Source of the DNA: Octopus sinensis
Lineage: Eukaryota
NCBI RefSeq assembly: GCF_006345805.1
Contig: NC_043020.1
Location: forward strand, 992,001 to 1,056,000
Length of the DNA: 64,000 bases
Direction: 5' to 3'
Shown here: positions 61,514-64,000 of the stretch, one piece after another
Layout: each line of letters starts with the position of its first letter
Position numbering within the stretch: the first letter of the stretch is position 1
Program-made: the position numbers and the translations under genes
The notes under the pieces: model-generated
Database searches by the model: none
What the model was told of the DNA's origin: nothing
The model's input: the letters and a program-made list of their open reading frames with translations, nothing else

Positions 61514-62679
61514 TAGCTCAATGGCATCGTTCTGTAAAATTCCAGGGTTACCAAAATCGAACCAAAGCCTCTTTTAAGGAATAATAATCGTTTAGAATCC
61601 GGAAATTTCATCAGAAACTGTTGCTGTAAAAAAATAAATGAAATGTATAAAGGATTCGGATCTTTTCAGTTTGAACGGCAGTTTTTTCTAGCAGTGTCAT
61701 GAAATTGTCACCCATAATTATGACCCTAGTATCGATCTATTGCATTTCAATCGGTTTTAAGGTTAAGGTATCTTCTTTTTTCTTCAGAAATGTAAATAAA
61801 CCCAATCTGTTTCTTAAACGAGGGACATATTCATACGGCACAATGTTTTCACCTCAATAGACGTCATCGATAGGTTGAAATTGCAGGAAAAAACCCAACA
61901 AATATCTTACAAGCCATAGAATTTTCTCAATAAAGCCAAGAGAAAAAGATGTTTTATAAACACATTGTACCAGTATACGAAATTAAAAATTCTTTAGTTA
62001 CATGGAAATTATTTTAAAAAGCTGCCAGTCAAACCGGAAAGATCCAAGGTTTTCTTTTCCATGCTGGTGGCATGGATCAAACAATTTCTCTATTGCAGAT
62101 TTTCTGAGGCTTGATGTGAACCCCTACCAGTTTCTTAGAAAGCTAGTTTTTCCATGGCTAGACGTGTTGCGGAAGATTGCAGATTCGTATTCCCCGTAGC
62201 CAAAAAGGGGGTCAGGATCTTTTTGGTTTGACCGGCAGTTTTTTAAAATAATTTCCACGTAACTAAACACTTTTAAACTTCGTATACTGGTAGAATGTGT
62301 TTATAAAAGATCTTTTTCTCTTGGCTTTATTGAGAAAATCCTATAGTTTGTAAGATATTTGTTGTTTTTTTCTTCAATTTCTGCAATTTCAACCAATCAA
62401 TGACGTCTATTGAGATGAAAAAAAAACAACATTCTACGCCGTATGAATATGTCATTCGTTTAAGAAATAGATTGGGTTTATTTACATTTCTGAAGAAAAA
62501 AAGATACCCTTCCCCCACCCCTAACTAACCCTAAAACAGATTGAAATGCAATAGATCGATACTAGGGTCATAATAATGGGTGACAATTTCATGACACCGC
62601 TAGAAAAAACTGCCGTTCAAACCAGAAAGATCCGGGGGTGCTTGTATCGGAAAAAAAAATCAAACTTAAAGGGTGGTTT

Positions 62680-63390
62680 TTATTGGAGAAGGGGGGCGGA
62701 AGTCTTGCCTAATGATGCACCCAGGTGCGGTCAATTGCTGGAATTTAAGCTAAAATTTCGGACTGTTAGTATTTCATTTACAGGTGCTAGACGCTAAGGG
62801 AAATAACTGCAAACAGAATGTTTGGAGTTTCCTCCCTTGGCCATGATGAAACTGACATCTTTTCGCGCGTGAATTCAATATTAAATTTAGTCATCTACAA
62901 AATTACGAAAAAGCAACCCCAATGGGATTTGAACTCACGACATGAACACAGAATGTGGATTTATAAACGATAAACAGATAATTCAAATGAATGGCTAAAT
63001 ATCTTTTTAAAAATCTCATATGTATAGGCGCAAGTGTGGCTATGTGGTGACACCTTGGGCAAGTGTCTTCTACTATAGCCTCGGGCCGACCAAAGGCTTG
63101 TGAGTGGATTTGGTAGACGGAAACTGTAAGAAGCCCGTTTTGTGTGTGTGTGTGTGTGTGTATGGCGATCTTTCGTTACAAGAACACTACAAAGCACGTG
63201 TGTTTATTTACATTTGTGAAGGTGATCGTTGATTTCCGTAAATTAAAAAAAAATTTGGAGGGCGATCCTTCGGTATAGGTACGGTAAGTGGCTTGATAAC
63301 AGAAACTCTTTTCTTCCACCCCTAAATCCCCATATATATATATATATATATATAAAAAACACTTCCGGTACCTATACCGAAGTTACGCCA
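62680..63390. promoter_or_regulatory. Likely PrimPol promoter / non-coding first-exon region
   Basis: Local CpG enrichment, GGGGCGGAAGT (GC box plus ETS-like) near 62690, ACTTCCGG at 63361. The acceptor at 61531 requires an upstream exon, which was not located. Confidence 0.4.
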
Positions 63391-64000
63391 ACTTTTTTAT
63401 ATATGGGGTCGAGGGTGGGGGGTAAATGGGATCTTTTGATGTTTGCGTGAATCGGAAGATTTGATGTATGTGGGTGTATGAGAGAGGGAGAGAGTATGTG
63501 TGTGTGTGTTTGATGGGGTGTCCGAGACACACACACACACACACACACACGGGACACCAACTTCTACATTAGACAAAAAAAATTAAAACATATATATATA
63601 TATATGGTGCCCCAGCTCGTGAGCTAAAACTAGATAAAATGAAAAAAAAATGATATATACATGTACTATTTAAGAAGAGTGGTCCCGGTGCGCGCATCTG
63701 CGCTTGCTAGTCGTGACTAGTCGATCTTATAACGACTACCTAGCAAAGTAAATAAAAAACAAAAACACAAAGTAAATTTTTTAAAACAAAGTTAAGGATC
63801 GACTAGTCACGACTAGCTAGCGCGGACGCGCGAGTTTGATGAAATAAGGCCTCCTACGAAAAAAAAAAAAAAAAGAATTTCGGGTCGTCATTAAACTCCA
63901 TTCCAGCCGTGACCACACGTCCTATTATTTCATTTGTCCTTTAAAAAATTAACACACCACCTGCCCCATAAATGTCGTTTTACGTTCTTCTAATAACTTT

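Noticed and set aside
62910-62945. tRNA gene
   Set aside because: Only a B-box-containing 3' half on the minus strand. SINE heads elsewhere are likewise not complete cloverleafs.

Overview
Animal genomic DNA, most likely Octopus or another coleoid cephalopod (judged from the SINE, MITE and RTE repeat families, recognised from memory and not from a database search). The window has two sharply different halves. (1) 39-64 kb is an ordinary SINE/MITE-rich gene region. It holds a complete minus-strand PrimPol gene, assembled by hand: 14 coding exons with GT-AG introns and consistent phases, 1779 nt, 592 aa. All AEP motifs, the Zn finger and an acidic RPA-binding tail are present. (2) 1-38 kb is an almost gap-free patchwork of broken coding fragments from many unrelated transposon groups: several Penelope-like families, piggyBac, hAT, Helitron, Gypsy, Tx1, RTE and CR1/L2-type. 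From about 2.08 to 38.1 kb, roughly 35 fragments whose orientation can be read lie on the + strand and only about 2 repeat insertions lie on the - strand. The first 2 kb is uniformly flipped. The archive is therefore antisense to any transcript running on from the 3' end of PrimPol, and no canonical poly(A) hexamer was seen for about 1.4 kb after the PrimPol stop. The leading hypothesis is an undescribed flamenco-like, read-through-fed uni-strand piRNA cluster (a transposon memory locus). This is inference and needs small-RNA data. A low-complexity, possibly poorly assembled segment at 38.4-39.1 kb separates the halves and is the main caveat. Secondary highlights: U3:A8-covariant hammerhead ribozymes in Penelope pseudo-LTRs, a gag-only mini LTR element whose PBS matches the 5' end of tRNA-Phe, an RT-less Tx1 element with a TSD, captured C2H2 zinc-finger scraps, and a triplicated RPA-binding motif plus a stop-start uORF in PrimPol. 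TE fragment boundaries are approximate unless a TSD or splice site is quoted.
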